From Limnochordia bacterium (lineage in GTDB: Bacteria; Bacillota; Limnochordia; DTU080), in assembly GCA_050951545.1 (NCBI GenBank), contig JBMNJG010000009.1:32001-96000 (forward strand): 64,000 nt of DNA, read 5' to 3'. Position numbers and translations under genes: made by a program. Shown in pieces: positions 21,556 to 32,225 of this stretch. How positions within the stretch are numbered: position 1 is the first letter of the stretch; every line of letters begins with the position of its first letter. The notes below the pieces were generated by a model. The model did not search any database. It saw only the letters and a list, made by a program, of their open reading frames with translations, and had not been told where the DNA came from.

Positions 21556-21807
21556 GTGCTTCTCCCTTGCGCAGTCCCGCCGGAATATGATCTACAGTAA
21601 ACCTCATGTCCACCATAGCACACCGCCTGGGGCGCTGCAATACGGACTGGGCACCCGGGCCCCGAGGCCAGATCCATAGGCACCTTACGCATCGTGAGCC
21701 CTACGAAATGGAGCTGCGACAGGTATACCTCGCCTGGGGTGTCAGGCCAGGCCAGGCTGGGGCATGGAGCGGTGGAGCAGTGGGGTGGGGCGGGGCGGGG
21801 CGGCGGT

Positions 21808-21955
21808 GGCAAAAGGCGGCAGTTTCGGTTTCTGTTGCCAGTTGTAACCGCCGCTAGGGCCCACCCTCTCACCCAAAACCACGACAAAGTCGCTCTGGCA
21901 CCTCCGATTCGCCGTCTCAAGCAACACAAATGGACCAGAACGGACACGGTTTGCC
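21808..21955. repeat. Dispersed ~150-bp MITE/REP-like element, copy A1
   Basis: GGCAAA...GTTTCGGT start and GACACGGTTTGCC end; aligns with 23526-23672 and 44395-44553. Confidence 0.75.
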
Positions 21956-22040
21956 ACACCGAGTGCCTGGGAACCACGAATTCACTGGTAACGGCGCGCC
22001 CATGAGCGCGTCTATCGCTGGCCGCCGGGTGGAGTCAGCC

Positions 22041-22142
22041 GGGCTGTGGATTCTGATGGACGACTCTGCGAGTTGCCCACAGACTCCACAGCCCCTACCA
22101 GAAACATCCATTATTCCTCACTCCTGTATCTTGCCAATGGGG
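22041..22142. repeat. Palindromic hairpin repeat B1 (GGGCTGTGGA...TCCACAGCCC) plus tail
   Basis: Inverted copy at 22431-22489; partial direct copy with similar tail at 23389-23450. Confidence 0.75.
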
Positions 22143-22430
22143 TCACTCTCGGTCTGCCGCGATGCCCCCGGAGAGCCCCCCCTGACGTCGGTCGTCAACG
22201 ATCGTGAATGTGCAGCCTTGAGGTTGTACGATAGATGTCAACCCTCCTCTCTTGGGATGGGCCGAGGAGAGAGTCTGGGGAACGCCATTGGGCTTGGTTA
22301 GAGCTGTGTGCGGGTGCCGTCAGAATCCCACCTCTTCACCCGAGATGGCGCGTTTTCTACCTCATACCGGGTTTCCCCCGCCTCCTCCCCACAAAGCAAG
22401 CAGCAAACACAGGACCAATAGATTGATCGA

Positions 22431-22489
22431 TTCTAGGGGCTGTGGAGTCTGTGGGTAACCCAGAGGGTTATCCATCAGAATCCACAGCC
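22431..22489. repeat. Palindromic hairpin repeat B2, inverted relative to B1
   Basis: GGGGCTGTGGAGTCTGTGGGTAAC...GTTATCCATCAGAATCCACAGCCC; its reverse complement matches B1 except in the loop. Confidence 0.75.
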
Positions 22490-22644
22490 CACATGCTTTC
22501 CACGGCAAGAAAAGAACCAGCGATGGTGCGGCTGGTTTTTCGAGAGCATCTCGTTTTCCGGCTTGTGTGTTTGTCTAACCTCCGTACCAAAGCCGTAGTG
22601 AGTCTGAAAGGCATCGTAGCGCTCGGTCTCAACGGCGTTTCTGC

Positions 22645-23366
22645 CTAAGCCACTCTTGTAGCGGCCTTCAGATTGCCGATGATATGCATCACCGGGACGC
22701 CATCGAAGAACTGCAGGGCCCGTTGCTGGCCGTCCAGAAAGCACTCCTGAGTCGCCCGGGGGTATACGCTGACGCATGTGGCTCTGCTGTAACTCAAGCG
22801 TTGTGCCCAGAAATAGAGTTTGCACTTCTCACCGCCGATCTTTGCCGTGACCTCTCCAAAATCCCCTTGCATGCTCTGCCCCGCAACGAAGCCCAGGGGG
22901 ATGAACGGCTCGGGATTGCGCTTCTTGACCTTACCCACATATCGCCGTACGGTCGACTCTGCCGGCGAGCTGTCCTCGCCGAACTCCTCAACGACCCTTT
23001 CCCATATCCGCCTGCTCGTATGGCGCTGCTTACGGTTGATCTTCTTGTCGCTTTCGATGATGCCATCGATGCATAGGGTGGTCGTCTTTGGCGACGTGCG
23101 ATCGACAGACTCCGACTTTGGCAAACATCTGTCGGGGTTGGCCACCACGCGATCCACTGTCCCCCTCGAAATCCCGAAATGCTTCGCAATCTTTCGCTTG
23201 GACCAGTCTTCCCGTTCGTAGAGATGAATGATATCCTTAACCTTGGCCACCTTAACCACTCCAGTTTCCCCCCGTATGCTCTGTTTCGCAACTCAAGCAT
23301 ACAGGGAATTGGATAATTTTGGTGGCCTCATTCTCGATGATCATTTGGCCCTACTTGAGCCTATCA
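22645..23366 (-). mobile_element. istA: IS21-family remnant; truncated istA at 22645-23259, left boundary approximate
   Basis: HTH SKRKIAKHFGISRGTV, RKQRHTSRRI, ESTVRRYV, Q.DFGE, LSYSR, FFDGVP; second catalytic DN reads GN; no C-terminal half and no istB. Confidence 0.8.
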
Positions 23367-23388
23367 AAAACCGCCTCTTGCTTTCTGC

Positions 23389-23450
23389 CCGCAGACCCCA
23401 CAGCCCCTACCAGAAATGTTCATTATCGTTCCAGTGCCTTGTCAATGGGG
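23389..23450. repeat. Half copy B3 of the hairpin repeat with conserved tail
   Basis: CAGACCCCACAGCCCCTACCAGAAA..CATTAT...CTTGTCAATGGGGT matches 22077-22143. Confidence 0.65.
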
Positions 23451-23525
23451 TTTGCCTGGGTATCCCCCCGGCGCGGAGGCGTTCGCTGGTATCCGTCTCA
23501 AGTGCTTGGGGCAGGCTGGAGGGCT

Positions 23526-23672
23526 GGCAAAAGAGGTCGGTTTCGGTTTGTGTTTCCGTCTGTAACCGCCTCCAGGGCTCATCTGTACAATCAAAAACCG
23601 CGAAAACCCTGCTGGCCCGTTTGATTGCCCGTCTGGGGCAACAGAAATGGACCGAATCCGACACGGTTTGCC
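23526..23672. repeat. Dispersed ~150-bp MITE/REP-like element, copy A2
   Basis: Imperfect 22-bp TIR: GGCAAAagagGTCGGtTTCGGT versus reverse-complemented end GGCAAAccgtGTCGGaTTCGGT. Confidence 0.78.
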
Positions 23673-23753
23673 GCGTTCAGGCGGCATGCTCTTGTGCGAG
23701 GCGGCTCTTGCAGCGGTCTGTCTATTACCTGGAAGGATTCCGCTGCAGCGAGT

Positions 23754-23783
23754 CGAACACTAGTTCCTGGGAACAAACATTCC
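23754..23783 (+). promoter_or_regulatory. Tandem LexA (Cheo) boxes
   Basis: CGAACACTAGTTCC (GAAC-N4-GTTC) and GGAACAAACATTCC (1 mismatch) just upstream of the GGAGGT RBS. Confidence 0.65.
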
Positions 23784-23803
23784 GGCTATGGGAGGTGGGC
23801 CTC

Positions 23804-24868
23804 TTGTATATGGAAGCGGCTGAAAAGGTGTACGTGCCTGTTTCTCTGTTGACCTCCAGTGAGCTACAGGCGACCGATAAGGTGATTTGGCTGGCTCTAC
23901 AGCTAGATGCCCATTTGAATAGGAAGTTCCTATTCTCGCCTACTCGCCTGGCCAGGCGCACCGGGTTGTCTCGCCCCACCATCCGCAGAGCGAGAGCGAA
24001 ACTCATTGCCGAGGGCTGGTATACCCCACCGAAAGCGAAGAGGAAGCGTGTGCGCTGGCAGCTATCTGGTCAAACGGCAGTCATACCTGCTGAGCTGATC
24101 ATGTCAACCAACGTAAGAGCTCAGGCCAAGATAGTCTATGGTGTATTGGGGTCGCTCCCCAAGGACAGTACTTCGGAATGCACTTTCACATACGCCTCGC
24201 TGGCTGAGATGATGAATCTCAACGCCAAGACGGTCAAGCGTGCTGTCTGTCACTTGGCGGAATTGCGTTGGCTAGAGCTAGAGCAAGCGAACAAGCATGC
24301 CCCGATTCGTTTTCACCTCCGCAATCCCGTCAAAGCCAAGCACATCACCGAAGTGCTGAAAGTGCGAGATCGCCTCATGGGGGTGCCCTACTATGGGGAG
24401 GCCTTGATGCAGGCCATGCTATCAGCCCTTGTGGCTTCCAGATCCTATCACGATGGTTCGACACCGGACATCCTAACGAACCCCCTTACGGACGAGTCAC
24501 TCGAGTACGACCGCTTCTATTACCACCACTGGGTGGCCTTCGAGTTCAATGGGCAACAGCACTACAGCGTCACGAACTGGTTTGATGAAGAGGTGGTGGC
24601 CGCGCAAAAGGAGCGTGACCAAATGAAGCGAGAGATGTCTAAGGAAAAGGGGGTCACGCTGATAGAAATCCGGGGCGAGGAACTGGGCTGGCAGACCTTG
24701 CTGCAAGAGATCGGCAAACGGCTACCGCTGCGGCGCGGCGTACGCTGCAATCGCGTGTTGATCAACTACCTGGAGAGACGCTGCGAGAGCTATCGTGAGA
24801 GGGCAGAGCGTGGCTGGGCGCCCACCAAGGAATCCACACCTGAGCTGGCCGACACACAAAATACGTAA
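23804..24868 (+). CDS. Tandem winged-HTH + Vsr/DUF559-like PD-(D/E)xK nuclease, paralog 1
   Basis: Two HTH_36-like repeats (DKVIWLAL..RLARRTGLSRPTIRR; AKIVYGVL..YASLAEMMNLNAKTVKRAV) and C-terminal LEYDRFY..VAFEFNGQQHY..RD..K...GVTLIEI; TTG start after GGAGGT, matched in paralog 2. Confidence 0.8.
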   Translation: MYMEAAEKVYVPVSLLTSSELQATDKVIWLALQLDAHLNRKFLFSPTRLARRTGLSRPTIRRARAKLIAEGWYTPPKAKRKRVRWQLSGQTAVIPAELIMSTNVRAQAKIVYGVLGSLPKDSTSECTFTYASLAEMMNLNAKTVKRAVCHLAELRWLELEQANKHAPIRFHLRNPVKAKHITEVLKVRDRLMGVPYYGEALMQAMLSALVASRSYHDGSTPDILTNPLTDESLEYDRFYYHHWVAFEFNGQQHYSVTNWFDEEVVAAQKERDQMKREMSKEKGVTLIEIRGEELGWQTLLQEIGKRLPLRRGVRCNRVLINYLERRCESYRERAERGWAPTKESTPELADTQNT

Positions 24869-25025
24869 TGGCCTTGGGCATGACACCACACTATACAAGC
24901 ATGCGTTGGCCACGGCCCCCTCGTGTATACCTGCCTGACCCATTGATCTTGTTTACGATCGCCGTATTCGTTACGATATATAGAGTGTGACTACCGACAA
25001 AAGCGTCTGATACAGACGCCGACAA

Positions 25026-25562
25026 ATGACTAGGCGGGATACAGTGAATGCTCTCGAAGAGATGTGGAGCATATATGTAGACTCATTTCCTGGGGAAGAG
25101 CGCCGGGATATCGATAGCCAAAGAAAGATACTGAGAAACCCATTGTACCATCTTCACCTCCTGCGCCATCACAACGAAGTCATCGGTCTCGTGGCGCTAT
25201 GGGATGTAAAGCAGTTTGTTTTTGTTGAACACCTGGCCATTAAGAAGACGATGCGTGGGCACGGCTACGGTTCGCTAACTTTAGAGCGTCTAACCGCGAA
25301 GTACCCGCATGTTGTGCTGGAAGTAGAGCCACCCACAACCCAGACTGCCCGACGCAGAATCCGCTTCTATCAGAAGCGGGGCTTTCACCTCAATCCGTAC
25401 AAGTACGACCAGCCTCCCTACGTAGCAGGACAGGCATCGGTACCTCTGCTGCTCATGACCTTCCCCCAGCCAGTTGATGCAAGGCGGTTCCATCTGATTC
25501 AGAAGACTTTGCGGTCAGTGGTCTATGGCACCAGCCAGGGCAACGGACATCGCTTTAATTAG
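25026..25562 (+). CDS. GNAT family N-acetyltransferase
   Basis: SFP.EERR, EHLAI...RGHGYG, LEVEPP, RRIRFYQK.GF. Confidence 0.9.
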   Translation: MTRRDTVNALEEMWSIYVDSFPGEERRDIDSQRKILRNPLYHLHLLRHHNEVIGLVALWDVKQFVFVEHLAIKKTMRGHGYGSLTLERLTAKYPHVVLEVEPPTTQTARRRIRFYQKRGFHLNPYKYDQPPYVAGQASVPLLLMTFPQPVDARRFHLIQKTLRSVVYGTSQGNGHRFN

Positions 25563-25892
25563 CCAGCCGCTACGAACTGCTTAGTGATACTTCCCAGCCA
25601 TATCCTCGCCTTCACCTCCTCATCGGGAGGGCAATACCATCTGGGGTCTAAGTGTTTTTCGCATAGGGCAATTGCTGGGAAAACGCATGGGAGGCCGATC
25701 GACAATGTACACCGCAGGACGGACCCACACGCTACTGATAGTCATGGTCGTTCTGGTTACCCTCATGGCAACGAGCTTGGCTCCTGTACAAGCAGCTGCG
25801 GGAAACCTAGCTCTGAACAATCGGAAGTGCGTCTCCCCCGACACCCTCTCGCGGCCTGAGGAGAGTGCGTCAAGTCAAGCGCTCAACTGCTT

Positions 25893-27788
25893 CTACTCTA
25901 CTTCCATAACCTCGATCATGCGTAGTGATGCATCGTCATAGTACACTTCTCCCGGACCGTAGAATCTAAGGAAAGCGAGACCAGTGAGAGCTTTGGGTGG
26001 CGCCTCTACCTGCATCTTGATGTTCACCCATTCGTCATAGGAGTCGAACCATTCCCACTCACGTCGGTCCTCTCCGACATGCCCGCCAGCATAAAACTCC
26101 ACCTTCAGTGCCACCTTGCGACAAGGACCAGCGAGCTTTACCCAGGCAGACAGTTCATACGTCTTGCCGCCCTCTATGGGTACGCTCTGCTGCAACCAGT
26201 AGTAGCCGTTCGTATCAGTGCTCATTTTGACGCCCATATCCCCAGTCCGGGCGGCTTCCGAAGACCCGACAACCGCACCTGATCCCCAACCATCGACAGC
26301 GCCTGTCCCTCTGCCTTTGACAGCCCACGAAAGGGGGATGTCCACTACCGTATCTTCAAACCCGGGATTGGCCAGCAGGTTCTCGCCAACGTACCTCACC
26401 ACTTCTGAGCTCTGAGATACGGACCGGGGACGAACCTCAACCGACGGCAACTGGTAATCAGCTAGAGAGACGACCCGATCGTAGGCGACCAGCGTCGAGT
26501 CTTGCTGCACAGCGTGTAGGGAGACATCCTTTGTGAACCCACCCCAGGCGATCTTGGCACCATAGGGATTGACCACCTGCAGTTCGCCATCGATCCCAAA
26601 GAAGGCCTCACCTTCGCGTCTCTTGCTGACCGCGCCACAGAGGGCTGGGCGATCCTTATCGTCCGTGACCACTACATTCTTGAAGGTCACACCGCCCATT
26701 CTGCTTCCTGCCTCCAGGTAGATGGGGACAGACGAGACGGTCGCCACATTATGTACAACGCAATCTTCAAACAGGATCTTCAGCGTGTCTCCATCGTTGT
26801 TGCGAAGGCCAATGCCCTGACGCTCGAAGTTCTCGATAAGGCAGTTGCGCACCGTGATCTCACCAGAAGGATGATCATCGGGATTACGGACGGTGATGCT
26901 CAGCCCCACCGTACTACCCCGGACGAGAATATTCTCGAACAGAAAAGAGATGTCTGTCCAACGATCCAGCCTGGCCAAAGCGAGCACAATCCCTGGCCCC
27001 TTGTTGTTTTCAAAGACGCTGTTGCGAACAACAATGTTTCTAAGTATCTCATCCCGGTTGTTGGGCTCAAAATCAATGCCAGCCATGGGGTTCGTTCCGG
27101 ACGTGTTCTTGAAGACGCTATTCTCAATCAGGAGATTCTTGACGGAGATCACGCTGATCCCTTGGCGGTAGTTGCTGTCGGCGACTACATCCCGAATGAC
27201 GATATCCTCATTGTACGTCCGCCAAGTGCCGCGGCCAAGGTAGATCCCGTCACCGCCAGTATCACGGATGGTCAGGCCTAGGATCTGAACGTTCTTGCTG
27301 CCCCGAATGTCAATGCCCATGCGCCACTCCGCCTTCTCATAGGCAGGAGAGGCGTAATCGTCTTTGTGCATGCGAATGGTCGCCCCATAGCCGCGCATGA
27401 CGAGGTTTTCAACGTCCTGGGCAGTGAAGACGGAGTCCCTTTTACCGCGGTATTCGCCCTTTTTCGCGGTTACCACGACGCCCTCTTCAAAGACGAGCTC
27501 AAGGTTGCTGCGCAGGAAGATGGGACGCACAACCCAGTCTTGACCCATGTTCGGGATAGTGAGCCGAGAGACGCCCGAGTTGATCGCTGCTTGCAGATAC
27601 TCCGTAGAATCCAAGGGGTCAAAGCCCCACCACGCCGCGTTGGCCTCCGTCCGCTCCCCCGCCATGACCTCTTTGACCGCCTCAGGATTGGGGGCTGATG
27701 CGCCATAGGCCATGGCGACACCCTGCCACAGAACTGAGAGAGCCAGAAGAAGTGCACATGCAGTAGCCCGTGCCCACAGATGCTTCAT
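25893..27788 (-). CDS. Secreted right-handed beta-helix protein with C-terminal CBM4/9-like domain
   Basis: Signal peptide, TGGDGIY, NYRQGISVIS, GIDFEPN repeats, NLLANPGFE...GKTYELSAWVK...YYDDASL. Confidence 0.8.
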   Translation of the reverse strand: MKHLWARATACALLLALSVLWQGVAMAYGASAPNPEAVKEVMAGERTEANAAWWGFDPLDSTEYLQAAINSGVSRLTIPNMGQDWVVRPIFLRSNLELVFEEGVVVTAKKGEYRGKRDSVFTAQDVENLVMRGYGATIRMHKDDYASPAYEKAEWRMGIDIRGSKNVQILGLTIRDTGGDGIYLGRGTWRTYNEDIVIRDVVADSNYRQGISVISVKNLLIENSVFKNTSGTNPMAGIDFEPNNRDEILRNIVVRNSVFENNKGPGIVLALARLDRWTDISFLFENILVRGSTVGLSITVRNPDDHPSGEITVRNCLIENFERQGIGLRNNDGDTLKILFEDCVVHNVATVSSVPIYLEAGSRMGGVTFKNVVVTDDKDRPALCGAVSKRREGEAFFGIDGELQVVNPYGAKIAWGGFTKDVSLHAVQQDSTLVAYDRVVSLADYQLPSVEVRPRSVSQSSEVVRYVGENLLANPGFEDTVVDIPLSWAVKGRGTGAVDGWGSGAVVGSSEAARTGDMGVKMSTDTNGYYWLQQSVPIEGGKTYELSAWVKLAGPCRKVALKVEFYAGGHVGEDRREWEWFDSYDEWVNIKMQVEAPPKALTGLAFLRFYGPGEVYYDDASLRMIEVMEVE

Positions 27789-28044
27789 GCGGAGATTCCT
27801 CCCTGATGTAATGAAAATGTTGATACTAAGATGATCATGTAGATCAGTTGGTCAGATTGCCCTGATCGTAACACTGCCTGGCTGGGCGAGTCAAGCGGGT
27901 ACCGCCATAGGGAAGCCCTTCTTTCGTCAAAGATCAAAATGAAGATGTAGATCCTAGAACCAAGAGGCAGTAAATGTGGAACAGAAGAGTGCGCATGTGG
28001 TACACTGTTTGCAGTGATTGGACAGCAGGTTATGAAAGAGGTGC

Positions 28045-29346
28045 ATGGTCGTGTTCAGTCGTTGGATGAAAATCGCGTGCTGCCTTGTTGTTGCCACCAC
28101 TCTGGTCCTCGCCGCCCCTGCCCTTGCCGCCGAAAAGGTGAAGATCACCCACCTGAGTTCGGGGTCTCATAGTGAATCCTGGCAAGAGTACCTACAAGAG
28201 ATGAAGGTGCCCTTTGAGCAAGCGAACCCTGAGTGCGAGGTTGAGATCCTGGCGGACCCCAAACCCGACAACAAGTTCCTAGTGATGGCAGCCGGTGGCG
28301 TGTCGCCGGATGTCCTTGATCTGGTGACGCAAGTCTCTGCACCATTCATTGCCGACGGGATGTTTATGGACTTGAACAAGTTCCTCGATCGACAAACGGC
28401 TGCTCTGTTTCCGCCGTCAATGCTCAAGGCCTTCACGACGCCTTCTGGCCTACTGTATGCGCTGCCCGTGGAGGTCTACTCAATCGTCACTTGGTACAAT
28501 CTCGACATGCTAGACCAGGTCGGACTGACCGCCCCGGCGCTCCTTAAGGATAGGTCATGGAACTGGGAAACGATGAGGAGTTACGGTCGCAAGCTGACAA
28601 AGGACGCCGACGGCGACGGAGTAGCCGAGATATGGGGGCTCGACCGCATCAGGTACCGCCCGTACATCCAAGCGCTCCAGGCTGGCGGTCACTTTTTCGA
28701 TCGCGAGATCTTCCCGACCAAAAGCCTATTGCTCAGCGAGCCCGTAGTTACAGCGATGGAGTTCATCGAGAAGCTGATCCGGGAGGACCGAGTGAGCCAG
28801 CCTCAACGCGTCGGAGGCGGTACATACCTGTATCATGGCAAAGCGGCTATCGCGGTAACAGACGGTCCAGGTATCATTGGTACACGGATGAAGAATGTGG
28901 GCTTTGAGTGGGATGTAGCGCTTCAGCCCTATGGCCCGGCCAACAATGCCACCAACGTGTCGTTGAACGGTTTCCAGATTAGCTCCCAGACAAAGCACCC
29001 ACAGGAAGCATGGCAGTGGGCAAAGTTTCTCAGCACCACTGAACAGGCACAGCGCAGTCTCGCGCGGCATACTGGTCGACTTCCTGTCATGGCCAGAGTG
29101 GCTCGTTCCTGGGACTCGTATGTCCCGGATCTGCCGCAGAACTGGATGGCGTTTTTCGAGCAGTCCGTACATCCAGACAACATCTTCCTCAAGGAAGGCC
29201 TAATCAGCGACACGCGTATCACCACAACCCTCACGAACCAGCTGGCCAGGGTATGGAATGGCGATGTCTCCGCACGCACCGCCCTCGAGGAGGCAGACCG
29301 CCTCATCAGCAGCCTGTTCGCCGAAGGAGCCAGCAGGACACCTTAG
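28045..29346 (+). CDS. Sugar ABC transporter substrate-binding protein
   Basis: Signal peptide, AGGVSPDV, YALP, WNW, DADGDG loop, TKHPQEAWQW. Confidence 0.9.
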   Translation: MVVFSRWMKIACCLVVATTLVLAAPALAAEKVKITHLSSGSHSESWQEYLQEMKVPFEQANPECEVEILADPKPDNKFLVMAAGGVSPDVLDLVTQVSAPFIADGMFMDLNKFLDRQTAALFPPSMLKAFTTPSGLLYALPVEVYSIVTWYNLDMLDQVGLTAPALLKDRSWNWETMRSYGRKLTKDADGDGVAEIWGLDRIRYRPYIQALQAGGHFFDREIFPTKSLLLSEPVVTAMEFIEKLIREDRVSQPQRVGGGTYLYHGKAAIAVTDGPGIIGTRMKNVGFEWDVALQPYGPANNATNVSLNGFQISSQTKHPQEAWQWAKFLSTTEQAQRSLARHTGRLPVMARVARSWDSYVPDLPQNWMAFFEQSVHPDNIFLKEGLISDTRITTTLTNQLARVWNGDVSARTALEEADRLISSLFAEGASRTP

Positions 29347-29677
29347 GCGAGAATTGACCATCAGCGTCCAGACCCAGCGAGCCGCACTGTCGAGGCTTGC
29401 CCACAGGCAACAAGAGCCCGATCGCTTCACAGTAGTAAGACCACTTGCCTACGGCCGAGAGAGCAATCTCTCGGCCGTAGAATTCCTGACCGTTCCTTTG
29501 CTGGCCTAGTTTCGAAGGAGATAGCGAAGCTCGCAACAGTGACCCATCCAGACGAGGCTGATGGTTAGTGATCACATTACCATGGGAGATAGCGGCAAGA
29601 AGCGTCGCGTTGAGAGACAGGCCACCATATGCACGCTGAACGAGAGACAACTCATCAACATACAGCTACTCGAAACG

Positions 29678-32225
29678 CTACGACCTCGGTACTGCCAGCC
29701 GCAGGCGCACAGGCCCCATGAGGCCCGAGGGATGCAGAGCGCCCTCATAACGCGTTGGCCGCGGTGTTGGTGACCCGTACCTCCAGCACGTTGCCCCCCG
29801 GTACCCAAGCATCCTTCCCAGTAACGATGCGATAGGGTGCCCAGAGCGCCCAGCCAATCTCTTTCCCGTTCACAAGAACGGTGGCGGCTTCACCCACCTG
29901 ACCGAGGTCGAGCTCAATGCTTGTAGCATTGCCAAGTGCGGGAGGAGGGAGCGATACCGTGGTCTGGTAGACGAGGGTACCACTGAAGCGTTCAAGCTGC
30001 CGCTTAGTGGTCCAGTTGCCCATGGCCGGGGCATCGACTGGGTTGCCGTCCTGATCGGCGACACGCCATGGACCAGTTACCTCAATACTCAGCCAGTCTG
30101 CCGCAGAACCTATCGTCCCTAGCTGATGCTCGCTACTCTTTTGCCCATTGGCCGAAGTATCCACGATAAGCAGTCGGCTCTCGCGCCTTTCCAGAACGAT
30201 TGGCACCTGCAACCCAGGCGAATCACCGCTGGTGAGAACCGCACCGGATCCGAGCACTCCCGCCCTGTCCGCCACCAGTTCACGCGTGAGCCGCAAGGGG
30301 TCCCACCACTGAGCTATTCCCTGAACCCCTACGCACAGCTGCCCCTGCACTGGGGCCTCTCCTTCATTAAAGAAGACGTAGATATCCAGTCCCGCTTTAC
30401 GTAGGTGCATCGTGCGCAGGCCGGGAGCTGCTGGTTCTACAGTAACGTCGGCTGGCAGTATGCGGCGGGCTTCTGCTACAAGGTCAACGCCCTGCTGGTA
30501 CGAGAGGACTGTACCTCCTGCCTCTGTGAACACCCTCAGGTTCGCTCTGCTCTCTGGCGAGAGAATGGGCTCTCCGTCCAGCACGACTAGCTGGTATGCT
30601 TGCGATCCAATGTGGAGTCTGCCATCTACTACGCACGCCCCTTGCAGAGCGTGATCGTCGATGTAAAGGAAATCGATTTGGTTCTCGTATAGATACCTGG
30701 CCGCCTCCCAAGGTAGATCGTAACCGTTACCCAGCACAGCCACATCGCACACATGTTCGCAATCAGTGAGCAGCCACGACATACGGGCCGTGTAGCCCGC
30801 TAGGTGCTGAAAATACGGCCACCACACATTATGCAGTGCGAGATCAGGTTCGCTCTCGTAGGCCCGTCCTTCTCTGACAGAGTAGTACAGAGCACTCGGC
30901 ATGAAGAGGTTGTTTCCGCGAGATAGATGCCAGTCAAGCAACCATTTGACTTCGTCGAGGGAAAGGATCCAGCCATAGGCCCCAAACAACTCGCTACCGA
31001 TGCGCCTGCGTCTATTGGCACGGGCAGCACTGGTTGCAGCCTTAGGAGCCACACTGTCGGGCCCGACCAATCCGCTGTCGTTGCCGGGCAGCACCCAGCG
31101 CCATACCATATCCTGCCCTGGCCATCCGAAGGCGCTCAGTGAGGTCATGTCATTGCTCATGTGCGGATGTCCAGTGAGGGCGATACCGTGTTCTTTGCAC
31201 CACTTGGTTTGGGCACCGTAGAACACTTCCGTCACTCGCTCGTGTACGCCGCGCGCATAGGCTTGTCGAAACCATTCTGTTTGGGGTCCGTAATCTACCC
31301 ACAATGACGGCAACCAGGCCCGAACACTATCGACGTCCTGCTCCAGGTAGTCCGCCAACCATCCTTCGAACCCGCTGGTGTATGGTCTACCGTCACCCCT
31401 GGCACCTCGCCCCATAGGCGTGGGCTCATCAGTGAAGAGCCCCACCACGGTAGTGCCCAGGTGATCTTTGAGGTGTCCTGCATAGGCGTCATGTGTAAGG
31501 CGGATGAACGTGGCTACAGCCTCGGGGTTCATGATATCGCCAGCCGGGGGCGCTGTAGCCGTACCGTCTTCGTGTTCAGGCAAGACGCCGCGGATGTGCC
31601 CCCCACTGGGCACATCGAAGCAGGCCATCACCTGCCAGGTCCCAGCGCCCAAGTCAAGGTGGACCAGATTGCGTTCCATGGTATCCAGTACGCGCAAGCT
31701 CTCAGGCTGCACAACGCCCGCTTCCACTTTGGCTAACACGACACATACCAAACGGTTCAGAAGACCACGTCCAACTGACGGCCGCCAGTACCCGTACCAT
31801 GGACCTGTGATCTCTCGTCGGGTCAGGATAAGAGCTCGGGCTGCATACCCAGGGTCGACAGCCACCACTTGCCCACAGGCCGATCCTGACGGGTAACCCC
31901 CTTCATCGTACAAGATCACCTTCAGTCCGAGGACGGCACACTCGTCTACCACACGTCGCACCAGCTGAAAGTAGCTGTCGGAGAGGTAACTAACCTTCTC
32001 GGATAGCCCAACAAAGGGGAGGATGATCACGCCTCCCAGGCCTCCGGCGTGAAACGCGTGAAGCTGGCGAATGAGCTCTTCCTCATCGAGGTCGTCATTC
32101 CAGAGCCAGAACGGAATCATTCCAAACTCCCGTGGCGGGTCACACATCCGCGAAAAGAAACGATCAAACGGCACTTGGCTGTCCTCCCTATACGGGTGCA
32201 TTTCGACCCGTCCTGGACTAATCAT
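29678..32225 (-). CDS. GH106-like glycoside hydrolase with a single frameshift near the 3' end (~29748)
   Basis: PFWLWND, LYDEGGYPSGSACG, FTDEP, SELFGAYGW; ORF stops at 29745 but the shifted frame gives YEGALHPSGLMGPVRL, ending at 29678. Confidence 0.78.

Noticed and set aside
22431-22489. DnaA boxes / replication origin
   Set aside because: TTATCCATC and ATCCACA are imperfect matches inside a repeated hairpin, with no box cluster or AT-rich unwinding region.
23228-23803. N-terminal 192 aa of the 546-aa ORF
   Set aside because: It runs through the IS21 end and repeats; the RBS, LexA boxes and paralog alignment place the start at 23804.
29740-29755. Programmed frameshift in the GH106-like gene
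   Set aside because: No slippery heptamer; a single extra base is better explained by mutation or sequencing error.
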